In this document: positions 45,848 to 55,281 of the stretch, piece after piece
Numbering within the stretch: position 1 is the stretch's first letter
Layout: every line of letters begins with the position of its first letter
DNA from: Thermoanaerobaculia bacterium
GTDB taxonomy: Bacteria; Acidobacteriota; Thermoanaerobaculia; UBA5066; Gp7-AA6
Direction of reading: 5' to 3'
Length of the DNA: 64,000 nucleotides
Assembly (NCBI GenBank): GCA_035498835.1
Contig: DATJZU010000158.1
Span: 5,778 to 69,777, forward strand
Notes under the pieces: model-generated
The model's input: the letters and a program-made list of their open reading frames with translations, nothing else
What the model was told of the DNA's origin: nothing
The model's database searches: none
Translations under genes and position numbers: made by a program

Positions 45848-46969
45848 GTGCGCATCCTGCAAATCGTCGACGGCGACCGATGGACGGGAGCGGCGGCGGT
45901 CGTCTTCGATCAGACGGCCGCCCTGATCGCCGCCGGCGTCGAGGCGCAGTTCGGCTACTTCGGCGACAGCCTGCTGTCCGAGCGCCTCGGCCCGCTCGGC
46001 TGGGCACGGCCGCTGCTTTCGCGCGTGCGCGCGCCCGTCGGCTACGCGCGGGAGGCGCGGCGGCTTCGCGAGACGCTCGCCCGCGAGAAGATCGACGTCG
46101 TCCACGCGCATCGGTCCTACGATCACACCCTCGCGGCGCTCGCCGTTCGGGGAACTTCGGCGCGCCTCGTCCGCACCCTGCATCACGTGCGGACGACGCG
46201 GCCGGATCCCCTCACGCGCCTCGTCTTCTCCCGTACCGACGCGTTCGCCTACTCCAACCGCGAGATCGCGCGGCGCTTCGGGCGGGGCGGCCCCATCCTG
46301 CCCCCCGTCGTCGATGGGGGCCGCTTCCGTCCGCGGGACGAGGGCGCCGCTCCGCCGGATCCGCGGAAGGGCTTCGTCGTCGGGACCGTGGGCAAGATGT
46401 CCCCGGGACGCGGCCACGAAGAAGCGATTCGCGCGGGAGCGCGGATCGCCGCGGTGCGCCTCGCGCACGTCGGGCACGGCGAGCACGAGCCGGAGCTCCG
46501 GCGCCTCGCCGCCGCGCTCGGGGCCGCGGATCGCAACGAATTCCTCGGATACCAGGAAGAGACGCTGCCCGATCTCTATCGCTCGTGGGACGCCTTCCTC
46601 TTCCCCGCGTCCGGCGCCGACCAGGGGCAGCGCGCGATCCTCGAGGCGATGGCGTCGGGCCTGCCCGTCGTCGCCGTGGACGTTCCGGGCGTCCACGACC
46701 TCGTGACCGACGGCGCGGACGGCTTCGTCGTCGCCGGATCGGACGGGCTCGTCTCCGCGCTGGCCCGGCTCGCGGGCGACGCCGCGCTCCGCCGCCGGCT
46801 CGGTCTCGCCGCGCGGGCCCGGGCCCTCGAGTTCACGTCGGATCGCTACGCGCCGGGTGCGCGCGCGTTCTACGAGTCGGTGCTCAGAGGATCGACAGCA
46901 CCTCGGACGGATGGCTCTTCGGCGAGACCTCCGGGTATGCCTGGCGGATCCGGCCGTCCGGGCCGATGA
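45848..46969 (+). CDS. glycosyltransferase family 4
   Basis: GT4 C-terminal motif (EAMASGLPVVAVDVPGVHDLVTDGADGFVV). The 3' end overlaps the convergent bcp-like gene. Confidence 0.8.
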   Translation: MRILQIVDGDRWTGAAAVVFDQTAALIAAGVEAQFGYFGDSLLSERLGPLGWARPLLSRVRAPVGYAREARRLRETLAREKIDVVHAHRSYDHTLAALAVRGTSARLVRTLHHVRTTRPDPLTRLVFSRTDAFAYSNREIARRFGRGGPILPPVVDGGRFRPRDEGAAPPDPRKGFVVGTVGKMSPGRGHEEAIRAGARIAAVRLAHVGHGEHEPELRRLAAALGAADRNEFLGYQEETLPDLYRSWDAFLFPASGADQGQRAILEAMASGLPVVAVDVPGVHDLVTDGADGFVVAGSDGLVSALARLAGDAALRRRLGLAARARALEFTSDRYAPGARAFYESVLRGSTAPRTDGSSARPPGMPGGSGRPGR

Positions 46970-47321
46970 GGTAGGTGATGCGCTTCGCGAACCGGGCCGT
47001 CGGCGAATCGCACGCCGCGTAGGCGAGGCCGATCGCGCGGTCCGTGTCGCAGAGGAGCGGGAACGGGAAGCCCTGCTTCGCCGCGAATTTCGCGTTCTTC
47101 TCGACGGAGTCGAAAGAGACGCCGAGGATCTCGGCGTTCTTCCTCTGGAAATCCGCGTAGAGGTCGCGGAACCCGCGACCCTCGGTCGTTCAGCCCGGGG
47201 TGTCGGCCATCGGGTAGAACCAGAGCACGACGTTCCGGCCGCGGAAGTCGTCGAGCCGGCGCGCCGCGCCCGTGTGGTCCCGGACCTCGAACCCGGGCGC
47301 CGGATCTCCCGCGTTCAACAT
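46869..47321 (-). CDS. bcp: peroxiredoxin Bcp-like with in-frame TGA at the peroxidatic Cys codon (selenoprotein candidate, or pseudogene)
   Basis: N-terminal ORF MLNAGDPAPGFEVRDHTGAARRLDDFRGRNVVLWFYPMADTPG stops at TGA (47190-47192). The same frame continues TTEGRGFRDLYADFQRKNAEILGVSFDSVEKNAKFAAKQGFPFPLLCDTDRAIGLAYAA...LIGPDGRIRQAYP. The TGA sits in the T-P-G-[C] Prx active-site motif. GGAGAGAGGAG ribosome-binding site upstream of the ATG. Confidence 0.6.
47161..47181 (-). ncRNA. SECIS-like mRNA hairpin (GGUCGCGG-GUU-CCGCGACC) beginning 8 nt 3' of the in-frame UGA
   Basis: Perfect 8-bp stem with an additional G-U pair. The apical loop contains G and U. The UGA-to-loop distance is 16 nt, the lower bound of the range described for bacterial SECIS elements. 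Confidence 0.4.
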
Positions 47322-47353
47322 CGGCCGCTCCTCTCTCCAGAAGAAAAATCGCA

Positions 47354-48181
47354 TCACGCCCGCGCCGCTTCCGGCGGGGCCGCGTCCGGCTCGAACGCCG
47401 GCAGCGGGACTTTCTCGCCGCGCCGCTCCATCCGCGTCCATTCCCAGAGGCGCGCGTACTTGAGAAACGTGCAGTAGCCCTGCAGCCCGCAGACCGCGAG
47501 CCCCGCGCCCCCGTCGAGGAACCCCGCCTGGAGGACGTACATGCGGAAGAAGCGCCAGGCGGGACGCAGGGCGATGGCGAGGGCGCCGGCGCGCCGCCCG
47601 CGGCGGAATCGGTCGGCGGCGCCCCATTCCGCGTATCGCTGGAGCTTCGCGACGTAGTCGCCGAACGAGCGGTAGGTGTAGTGCGTCAGCCGGTGCCGCA
47701 GGTACGGCGCCGGGCCGCGCGTCTCGACGTCCGCGTGCACGCGCTTGTTCGGGTACCAGGCGGCGCCCTTGCGGAGCAGCCGCACGAGGCCGTGCGCGCC
47801 GAGGCCGCCGTGCCGCACGACGCGAGCGAAGAAGACGTCGTCGCGCCGGATGCGGTAGTGCGGCGCCGACGGCCCGCTCGCGAGGAGCTCGCGGATCTCG
47901 CGCCCGAGCTCCGGCGGGACCCGCTCGTCCGCGTCCACGACGAGCACCCAGGGATTCACGGCGCGCTCGATCGCCCAGTTGCATTGCGGGCCGTTGCCGA
48001 GGTACTCGTGCTGCAGAACGCGCGCCTTCGGGAATGCGGCGGCGATCTCCGAAGTCCCATCGGTCGAGAAGGAATCCACGACGAGGATCTCGTCGGCGAA
48101 CGCCAGGGTCTCGAGGCACTGCCGGACGTTGCCCTCCTCGTTGAAAGCGGGAACGATCGCGGTCAGGCCCGTGTCGGTCAC
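47354..48181 (-). CDS. glycosyltransferase family 2
   Basis: AIVPAFNEEGNV and a DxD motif (VDADERVP). Confidence 0.8.
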   Translation of the reverse strand: MTDTGLTAIVPAFNEEGNVRQCLETLAFADEILVVDSFSTDGTSEIAAAFPKARVLQHEYLGNGPQCNWAIERAVNPWVLVVDADERVPPELGREIRELLASGPSAPHYRIRRDDVFFARVVRHGGLGAHGLVRLLRKGAAWYPNKRVHADVETRGPAPYLRHRLTHYTYRSFGDYVAKLQRYAEWGAADRFRRGRRAGALAIALRPAWRFFRMYVLQAGFLDGGAGLAVCGLQGYCTFLKYARLWEWTRMERRGEKVPLPAFEPDAAPPEAARA

Positions 48182-48189
48182 GGCCGTCG

Positions 48190-48969
48190 CTAGTCCACCC
48201 GGACCTGCACCCGTTCGATCCCAGTGGCCTTGCCCGTCGCCTCGTCCACGGCGACGATCGCGCCCGAGAGCCGGATGTCGCGCTTCGCCGTCTCGAACGA
48301 CCGCGGCGTCTGGGACAGGAACTTCTCGATGATCCGGTCCTTCGAGAAGCCGATGATGCCTTCGTACGCGCCCGTCATTCCGACGTCGCTCTGATAAGCC
48401 GTGCCGCCCGGCAGGACCGTTTCGTCGGCCGTCGGCACGTGCGTGTGCGTGCCGAGAACGGCCGAGACGCGCCCGTCGAGATACCAGCCCATGGCCATCT
48501 TCTCGGAGGTGGCCTCGGCGTGCATGTCCACGACGATGACCTTCGCCTTCAGGCGCGCGAGCTCCTCGTCCGCGACGCGAAACGGCGAGTCGGCGTTGGC
48601 CGGCATGAAGACCTGGCCCTGCAGGTTCACGACCCCGACGGGAATGCCGGCGGCCGTCTGCTGGACCGTCACACCGCGCCCGGGGTTGCCGGGCGGGTAG
48701 TTGGCGGGCCGCAGCAGCCGGTCCGAGGAGTTCAGCGAGTCGTAGATCTCCTTCTTGTCCCAGATGTGGTTGCCGGAGGAGAAGACGTCGATCGGCATCT
48801 TCGAGAGCTCGGCGAAGAGCTCGACGGTCAGGCCGAAGCCGCCGGCCGCGTTCTCGACGTTGACGATCGTGAAGTCGATCTTCTTGCGGTCGATGACGGA
48901 AGTTAGTGCGTCCTGAAGCGCCCGGCGTCCAGGAGAACCGACGACGTCGCCGACGAAGAGGATGTTCAA
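48190..48969 (-). CDS. ymdB: TIGR00282/YmdB family metallophosphoesterase
   Basis: MNILFVGDVVGSPGRRAL ... GNHIWDKKE ... GTHTHVPTAD. Conserved position downstream of rny. Confidence 0.85.
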   Translation of the reverse strand: MNILFVGDVVGSPGRRALQDALTSVIDRKKIDFTIVNVENAAGGFGLTVELFAELSKMPIDVFSSGNHIWDKKEIYDSLNSSDRLLRPANYPPGNPGRGVTVQQTAAGIPVGVVNLQGQVFMPANADSPFRVADEELARLKAKVIVVDMHAEATSEKMAMGWYLDGRVSAVLGTHTHVPTADETVLPGGTAYQSDVGMTGAYEGIIGFSKDRIIEKFLSQTPRSFETAKRDIRLSGAIVAVDEATGKATGIERVQVRVD

Positions 48970-49004
48970 GTGAAGAACCCTTGCTCCTTGGTCCGTTGTT
49001 CCCG

Positions 49005-49095
49005 ACCGAGGACTGTGGACTTGGGACTGAGGACTTTACTGGCTTGAGCCACTTGAGTCATCGGTCCTCTGTCCTCTGTCCTCTGTCCTCAGTCG
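49005..49095. repeat. structured intergenic element: (NNGGACT)x4 - 27 nt spacer - (GTCCTCT)x4 inverted heptamer arrays
   Basis: GAGGACT GTGGACT TGGGACT GAGGACT ... GTCCTCT GTCCTCT GTCCTCT GTCCTCA, ending 2 nt before the rny stop codon. Confidence 0.7.
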
Positions 49096-50664
49096 TTACC
49101 TCGCGTACTCGACCGCCCGCGTCTCGCGGATGACCGTCACCTTGATCTGTCCCGGATACTGCAGCTCAGCCTCGATCTTCTTGGCCACGTCGCGCGAGAG
49201 CCAGAGCGCCTCGTCGTCCGTGACACGGTTGGCCTCGACCACGATGCGCAGCTCGCGGCCGGCCTGGACGGCGAACGCCTTCTGGACCCCCTTGAAGCTG
49301 TCCGCGATGTGCTCGAGCTTCTCGAGGCGCTTGACGTAGGTCTCGAGGATCTCGCGCCGCGCGCCCGGCCGCGCCGCCGACAGTGCGTCCGCACCGTTGA
49401 CGAGGACCGCCTCGAGCGACCGCGGCTCGTAGTCGCCGTGATGGCACTCCATCGCGTGGATGACCTCGTTCGACTCGCCGAACTTCTTCAGGACCTCGCG
49501 CCCGAGCTCGAGGTGCGTGCCTTCCATCTCCCGGTCGATGGCCTTGCCGATGTCGTGGAGGAGTCCCGCGCGCTTGGCCACCTCGACCTTGCCGCCGAGC
49601 TCCGAGGCCATGTTCGTCGCGAGCCAGGAAACTTCCTTCGAGTGCTGAAGCACGTTCTGTCCGTAAGACGTCCGGAACTTCAGGCGTCCGAGGAGCTTGA
49701 TGAGCTCCGGGTGGAGGTCGGCGATGCCGAACTCGAGCGCGCACGCCTCGCCCTCCTGCCGGATCCGCTCCCAGAGCTCCGAGCGCACCTTCTCGACGAT
49801 CTCCTCGATGCGCGCCGGGTGAATGCGGCCGTCCACGATCAACTTCTCGAGCGCCAGGCGAGCCACCTCGCGGCGCAGCGGCTCGAAGGCCGAGATGACG
49901 ATCGCCTCCGGAGTGTCGTCGATGATGAGGTCCACACCGGTCGCGGCCTCGAGCGCGCGGATGTTTCGGCCCTCGCGCCCGATGATCCGACCCTTCAGGT
50001 CGTCCGACGGCAACTCGACGACCGAGACCGTCGCTTCGACGACCACGTCGGAAGCCAGTCGCTGGATCGCCATCCCGATGATGTGCCGCGCCTTCTGCGT
50101 GGACTGCTCGAGCGCCTCTTCCTCGATGCGCCGCATGAGCCCCGCGCCCTCGACGCGCGCCTCGTTCTCGATCGAACGGACGAGATCCCGCTTCGCGTCC
50201 ACGGCGGTCATTCCGGAGATCTGCTCGAGGCGCTTCTTCTGCTCCTCTACCAGCCGCGAAGCCTCGGTCTGCGTCTCCTCCACCTTGCGCTGCTGGTCGG
50301 AGAGCGCGCGCTCCTTGCGCGTGAACTCTTCCTCGCGCCGCTCCTGGGTGGCGAGCTTCCGGTCGAGGTTCTCTTCCTTCGCGACGACGCGGCTCTCGAG
50401 CGCCGCGACCTCCTGGCGCCGGGCGGCGATCGACTTCTCGAACTCGGCCCGTGCCGCCAGCACCTTTTCCTTGGCCTCGACGGACGCCTCGCGGAGTTTC
50501 CCCTCGGCGGACTTCGCGGCCTCGGCGCGGATCCGCTCGGCCTCGGTGCGCAGCGCCGAGCGCTCGCCCGAGAGACTCCTCCGGGCCATGACGAACGCAA
50601 TCGCCCCAAAGACGGCGGCCACGGCCAGGCCCGCCGCGATGGCGATCGCCAGAGATGTACTCAT
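49096..50664 (-). CDS. rny: ribonuclease Y
   Basis: N-terminal TM, coiled coil, KH domain ([17 protein letters not shown]), and HD domain ([12 protein letters not shown]...HH). Confidence 0.9.
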   Translation of the reverse strand: MSTSLAIAIAAGLAVAAVFGAIAFVMARRSLSGERSALRTEAERIRAEAAKSAEGKLREASVEAKEKVLAARAEFEKSIAARRQEVAALESRVVAKEENLDRKLATQERREEEFTRKERALSDQQRKVEETQTEASRLVEEQKKRLEQISGMTAVDAKRDLVRSIENEARVEGAGLMRRIEEEALEQSTQKARHIIGMAIQRLASDVVVEATVSVVELPSDDLKGRIIGREGRNIRALEAATGVDLIIDDTPEAIVISAFEPLRREVARLALEKLIVDGRIHPARIEEIVEKVRSELWERIRQEGEACALEFGIADLHPELIKLLGRLKFRTSYGQNVLQHSKEVSWLATNMASELGGKVEVAKRAGLLHDIGKAIDREMEGTHLELGREVLKKFGESNEVIHAMECHHGDYEPRSLEAVLVNGADALSAARPGARREILETYVKRLEKLEHIADSFKGVQKAFAVQAGRELRIVVEANRVTDDEALWLSRDVAKKIEAELQYPGQIKVTVIRETRAVEYAR

Positions 50665-50827
50665 GTCGGCTCCCCCTCTGCCCGGGGGACGCCGAAGACC
50701 GCGACGGCTACACGATGAGGTGCAAGTCTCTCCCCGACGGAGGGTTCGATCTTGCCGGCACCAGGAAATCCATTTCGACCGATCGCTTCAATTCGTGCCC
50801 CTTTTCGGGGTTGCCGACGCGTCGCCT

Positions 50828-51178
50828 TCAGGCGCCCAGGGCGTCGTCCAGTCTCCGGATGAGGCGTTCCGCCCGCGCCAGCGCGTCTGACGGATCGTCC
50901 ATCCGGTTTTCCCTCACCCGTTGCAAGTCATCGGAGATGTTGAGAGCGGCGAGGATCGCGATCTTCGTCGTGTCCACCGTCGCCGTCTGCTCGGCCACCT
51001 CTTTCATCCGGGAATCCACGAAGCGGGCCAGATCGTGGATGTACGAGCTATCTCCTTCGGCCCGAACGTTGTACGTCTGGCCGAAGATCTCCACCTGAGT
51101 CACGCTGCCCCGCTTGTCCAAGGCAGTAAACGACTCCTTTCGAGGCTGGAGTCTAGCAGAGACGGCAACGGCCCTCAC
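50828..51178 (-). CDS. zapA: cell division protein ZapA
   Basis: VTQVEIFGQTYNVRAEGD ... IAILAALNISDDL. The true start may be internal, because the ORF has an N-terminal extension. Confidence 0.7.
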   Translation of the reverse strand: MRAVAVSARLQPRKESFTALDKRGSVTQVEIFGQTYNVRAEGDSSYIHDLARFVDSRMKEVAEQTATVDTTKIAILAALNISDDLQRVRENRMDDPSDALARAERLIRRLDDALGA

Positions 51179-51184
51179 GCACGG

Positions 51185-51427
51185 TTATTTCGACGTTTCC
51201 GCCGCCTCGAGGGATTCGATCAGTTTCTGCAGGCGCTGGCGGACGCCTTCCTGCTCCTTCTCCAGCCGCTCGACGGCGCCCCGGGATTCCCCGGCGTCCT
51301 TCTCCGCGCGCCGCGCCGCGGCGAGGTCCGACTTCAGCCTTTCGTTCTCCTGCTCGAGGCTCCGCAGCCGCCCGAGCAGCTTCTCCACCTTCTTCTCCAA
51401 CGTGTCGAAGATCTTCGTGTTGTCCAT
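51185..51427 (-). CDS. ZapB-like coiled-coil protein
   Basis: 80-aa all-coiled-coil protein (LEKKVEKLLGRLRSLEQENERLKSDL) with a strong GGAGGTGA ribosome-binding site. Sits immediately upstream of zapA. Confidence 0.55.
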   Translation of the reverse strand: MDNTKIFDTLEKKVEKLLGRLRSLEQENERLKSDLAAARRAEKDAGESRGAVERLEKEQEGVRQRLQKLIESLEAAETSK

Positions 51428-51449
51428 CCGTCACCTCCGCGGCCGATGC

Positions 51450-53540
51450 TCAGAGCTCCGCTCCCAGATTCTGTGCGAGCGCTCGCGCGAGACGCTGCAC
51501 TCCCTCGTTGACCTCTCCCTGCTCCAGAGTGCGATCCGCGGCGCGGAACGCCAGCCGGATCGTCGTCTTGACCTTCCCCTCGCCAACCCCCGGCCCCTCG
51601 TACCGGTCGAGGAGGCGCAGGGATTCCAGGTTCGCGAGACCCTGACCTCTCACGAACCATGCGATCTCCGCCCAGGGCAGATCGCGCCGCTGGACGAACG
51701 AGAGGTCCGCCTCGATCGCCGGGTATTCGGAATAGGGGCGGAACTTCGCGGGACTGCCCGCGGCCGGCAGCGCGTCGAGAAGGATCTCGCCCGCGAATGC
51801 GGGCGCCGGAAGACGACGCTTCTCGCGTTCGCCGTCCGAGACCGCGCCGACGACCGCCACCACCGCGTCCGCGGAATTCTTCGCCAGGGCCGCCTGCCCG
51901 CGCGCGAAGCCGTCGGCGGAAAACGGCGCCCAGACCAGCGATTCGGCCGGGAGAAACGGCGCCAGGATCGCCTCGGCAATCCCCTTGGCGTCGAAGAAGT
52001 CGGCCTCGCGTCGCGCGGGCGGCTCGCTCCAGTCGCCGCGCCAGGACCCGGCGACCGCGAAGGCCAGCCGGCGCGCCTCGAAAGACTCGGGCGCCTCGGG
52101 CTGACCCGCCCGGCCGAACGCGCGTCCGATCTCGAAGAGGCCGCTGCCCGAGCGCCCGTGACGCAGGTTGCGCGAGGCGGCATCGATCACGCCGGGCAGG
52201 AGCGTCTGCCGGAGGCTCCGCCGGCCTTCGTCGAGCGGGTTGGAGAGATTCAGGCGTTCCTTCGCGGCGCCGGAAGCCGCGAGCCAGTCGCCGAACGGGA
52301 CCTCCTCCTCCGCGGCGGCGAAGGGAAAGCTCACCGTCTCGAAGAGCCCGGCGGCCGCGGCCGCGTCGGCGGCGCGCTCCTCGACCACGCGGAGCGGCTC
52401 CAGTACCGCGCCCGGGCCGCGCGCGGCCGGCAGCCGCGACGGCAGGCGGTCGTAGCCCCAGACGCGGAGAACCTCCTCGACGAGATCCTCCTCGCGGCGC
52501 ACGTCCACGCGAAAGAACGGGATCGAGACGTTCAAGTGTTTGCCGCGGCGCTCGACGGAGAAACCGAGCCGTGCGAGCGCCTCCGCGGCGAACTCGAGCG
52601 TCAGCCGCTCGTCGCCGGACAGCTCGCGCAGGCGGACCAGGCGCAGCGTCGTGCGGCGCGTGCGAAACGGCGCTCCCGGCGCGTCGAGCAATCCCGGCGC
52701 GAGCGCGCCGCCCGAGCCCTCGACGACGAGAGCCGCCGCGAGCTCGAGCGCCGCCGGGATCGCCTCGAGATCCGCGCCACGCTCGAACCGGTGCGAGGCG
52801 TCCGTGTGGAGGCCGTGCCGGCGGGCCGTGCGTCGGACCGACACGGGATCCCACCAGGCCGCTTCGAGAAGAACGTTTCGGGTGTGTTCCGTCACCGCGG
52901 TGTCGAGCCCGCCCATGACGCCGGCGAGCGAGACCGCGCGCTCGGCGTCCGCCACGACGACGTCGGAGACCGCGAGCTCGCGCTCCACGCCGTCGAGCGT
53001 GACGAGCTTCTCGCCGCGGTGTGCCTTGCGCACGATGAGCAGCCCGCCCGCCAGGCGGTCGAAGTCGAACGCGTGCAAGGGCTGCCCGGTGTCCCAGAGG
53101 CCGTAGTTCGTCGCGTCCACCGCCGAGGAGATCGCTTTGGCGCCGAGCCGCTGGAGGCGGGAGCGGACGCGCTCGGGCGCCGGTCCGTTGCGGATGCCGC
53201 GGACCAGGCGCACGCCGAAGCGCCGGCAGAGGCGCGGCACCTGGTTCACGACGGACGTGAGCTGCTCGACCGATTCGCCGGAGACGGGCGTCGCGGCCGT
53301 CGCCGACTTCTCGCGGCGCGCGATGCCGGCCAGCGCCGCGATGTCGCGCGCCAGCCCGCGATGCCCCATGGCGTCGGGACGGTTCGGCGTGATCTCGACG
53401 TCGAAGATCGTGTCGGAGCCCGAGGCCGCGGCCGACTCCGCGGGAAGGCCGCCCTGCTCGAGCAGATGGCGCACACCCGCGGCGCCGCCCGCCGCGGCGA
53501 CATCCACGTAATCGTCCAGCCACTCGAGGGAGAACTTCAT
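51450..53540 (-). CDS. pheT: phenylalanine--tRNA ligase beta subunit
   Basis: MKFSLEWLDDYVDV..., B3/B4, B5 and FDX-ACB domains. Overlaps pheS (ATGA). Confidence 0.9.
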   Translation of the reverse strand: MKFSLEWLDDYVDVAAAGGAAGVRHLLEQGGLPAESAAASGSDTIFDVEITPNRPDAMGHRGLARDIAALAGIARREKSATAATPVSGESVEQLTSVVNQVPRLCRRFGVRLVRGIRNGPAPERVRSRLQRLGAKAISSAVDATNYGLWDTGQPLHAFDFDRLAGGLLIVRKAHRGEKLVTLDGVERELAVSDVVVADAERAVSLAGVMGGLDTAVTEHTRNVLLEAAWWDPVSVRRTARRHGLHTDASHRFERGADLEAIPAALELAAALVVEGSGGALAPGLLDAPGAPFRTRRTTLRLVRLRELSGDERLTLEFAAEALARLGFSVERRGKHLNVSIPFFRVDVRREEDLVEEVLRVWGYDRLPSRLPAARGPGAVLEPLRVVEERAADAAAAAGLFETVSFPFAAAEEEVPFGDWLAASGAAKERLNLSNPLDEGRRSLRQTLLPGVIDAASRNLRHGRSGSGLFEIGRAFGRAGQPEAPESFEARRLAFAVAGSWRGDWSEPPARREADFFDAKGIAEAILAPFLPAESLVWAPFSADGFARGQAALAKNSADAVVAVVGAVSDGEREKRRLPAPAFAGEILLDALPAAGSPAKFRPYSEYPAIEADLSFVQRRDLPWAEIAWFVRGQGLANLESLRLLDRYEGPGVGEGKVKTTIRLAFRAADRTLEQGEVNEGVQRLARALAQNLGAEL

Positions 53541-54607
53541 CGCGCCGCCTCCCGCGCGAACTGCGACAGAAAACGCTCGTCGCCCTCGAAGAGCAGGCGC
53601 AGGTCCGGGAACTCGTAGAGGAGCAGCGCGACGCGGTCGAGCCCCAGTCCGAACGCGAAGCCCGAGTACGCTTCGGGATCGATGCCCGCGCCCGACAGGA
53701 CCTTCGGGTGCACCATGCCGGCGCCCATGATCTCGATCCAGCCCGAGTCCTTGCATTTCCGGCAGCCCTTGCCGCGGCAGAAGATGCAGCTCATCGCGAT
53801 GTCTACGCCGGGCTCGACGAACGGGAAGAAAGTGGGGATCAGGCGAATCCGCGTGCCGCGCCCGAAGAGCTCCTCGAGGAACGCGCCGACGGTGCCCTTC
53901 AGGTCCGCCATCGAGATCCCGCGGTCCACGACGAGCCCCTCGGCCTGGTGGAAGACCGGCGAGTGCGTCGCGTCCACCTCGTCGTTCCGGTAAACGCGGC
54001 CGGGCACGATCAGCCGCAGCGGCGCGCCGCGCTTGCGCATCTCGCGGACCTGGACGGGCGAGGTGTGCGTGCGCAGGAGCAGCGGCGACGGCGCCGCCTT
54101 TTCGAGGAGCAGCGTGTCCTGCGTGTCGCGCGCCGGATGCTCCGGCGGAAAGTTCAGCGCCTCGAAGTTGTGGTGATCGTTCTCGAGCTCCGGCCCGTCG
54201 GCGATCGAGTAGCCCATGCGCAGGAAGATGCCCTCGATCCGCCGCCGCACGATCGTGATCGGGTGCAGGCCGCCGGATCGCGGGCGCCGCGCCGGAAGCG
54301 TCGGATCGACGGCCGCGCCGGCCTCGCGCGCCTGCGCCTCCTTCCGATGGAGGGCCTCCCCCATCTCCTCGATCGCGCGCTCGATTTCGCGCTTGGCCTC
54401 GTTCGCGCGCGCGCCGAACGCCGCGCGCTCGGACGCCGGCAGCTCACGCAGCCCGGCGAAGAGCGCCGGCACGAGTCCCTTGTCGCGTCCGAGGAAACGG
54501 CCCTTCAGCCGCTCGAATTCGCCGCGCGAGGACACACCCCGGCCGCGTTCCTCGCGAAACGCCGCGAGGACCCGAGCGACCGGGTCTTCCGAGACTGCCG
54601 GAGACAA
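53537..54607 (-). CDS. pheS: phenylalanine--tRNA ligase alpha subunit
   Basis: Class II motifs (FPPEHPARDTQDTL ... GRVYRNDEVDATHSPVFHQAEG ... GFAFGLGLDRVA). Confidence 0.9.
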   Translation of the reverse strand: MSPAVSEDPVARVLAAFREERGRGVSSRGEFERLKGRFLGRDKGLVPALFAGLRELPASERAAFGARANEAKREIERAIEEMGEALHRKEAQAREAGAAVDPTLPARRPRSGGLHPITIVRRRIEGIFLRMGYSIADGPELENDHHNFEALNFPPEHPARDTQDTLLLEKAAPSPLLLRTHTSPVQVREMRKRGAPLRLIVPGRVYRNDEVDATHSPVFHQAEGLVVDRGISMADLKGTVGAFLEELFGRGTRIRLIPTFFPFVEPGVDIAMSCIFCRGKGCRKCKDSGWIEIMGAGMVHPKVLSGAGIDPEAYSGFAFGLGLDRVALLLYEFPDLRLLFEGDERFLSQFAREAAR

Positions 54608-54617
54608 ACCCGAACCG

Positions 54618-54980
54618 CTATGCCGAACCGAGGGCCTGTTTGGCGACGCCCACGAGCTGCGAGAAGGCGCCGGGATCCGAGACGGCGAGCTCGGCGAGCA
54701 TCTTGCGGTTGATGTCGTTGCCGGCCTTGCGGAGGCCGTCCATGAGGCGGCTGTACGTGATCTCGTTCTGCCGGGCGGCGGCGTTGATCCGGACGATCCA
54801 GATCCCGCGGAACTCGCGCTTTTTCGCCTTGCGGTCGCGGTAAGCGTAGACGAGCGACTTCTCGACCTGGAGCTTCGCCATCCGGTACGACTTGGACTTC
54901 GTCCCGTAATAGCCCTTCGCCAGGCCGAGCGTCTTTGCCCGGCGGTTCTTCCTCTTGGGTCCCCTCTTGACGCGTGGCAT
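54618..54980 (-). CDS. rplT: 50S ribosomal protein L20
   Basis: [26 protein letters not shown]... Confidence 0.95.
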   Translation of the reverse strand: MPRVKRGPKRKNRRAKTLGLAKGYYGTKSKSYRMAKLQVEKSLVYAYRDRKAKKREFRGIWIVRINAAARQNEITYSRLMDGLRKAGNDINRKMLAELAVSDPGAFSQLVGVAKQALGSA

Positions 54981-55033
54981 CTCTCTCTCCTTGGCCCTCC
55001 GGGGCCGGTGCGCCTCCCCGACGCGGGCGCCTT

Positions 55034-55231
55034 CTAGGCGTAGGGCAGCATCTCCCGCACGCGGCGGATGTCCGCCGAGGAGACGGTGGTCGACTGCGCG
55101 AGCCCGCGCTTCCGTCCGGCCGCCTTCTTCGTGAGGATGTGGCTCTTGAAGGCCTTGGCTCTCTTGAATTTGCCGGTCGCGGTCTTCTTGAACCGCTTCG
55201 CGGCTCCCCGATGGGTCTTCAGCTTCGGCAT
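55034..55231 (-). CDS. rpmI: 50S ribosomal protein L35
   Basis: [36 protein letters not shown]... Confidence 0.9.
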   Translation of the reverse strand: MPKLKTHRGAAKRFKKTATGKFKRAKAFKSHILTKKAAGRKRGLAQSTTVSSADIRRVREMLPYA

Positions 55232-55281
55232 GGCCGATTCCTTTCGTGGTCCGACGGCACTGCGCCTTGACCGATCAACGC

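Noticed and set aside
47161-47181. SECIS hairpin as chance occurrence
   Set aside because: Not fully rejected. A rough estimate of about 0.29 per base pair for random complementarity at this GC content predicts on the order of 10-20 perfect 8-bp hairpins with short loops per 64 kb. The hairpin alone is therefore weak evidence. It gains weight only through its exact placement after an in-frame UGA at a catalytic Cys codon.
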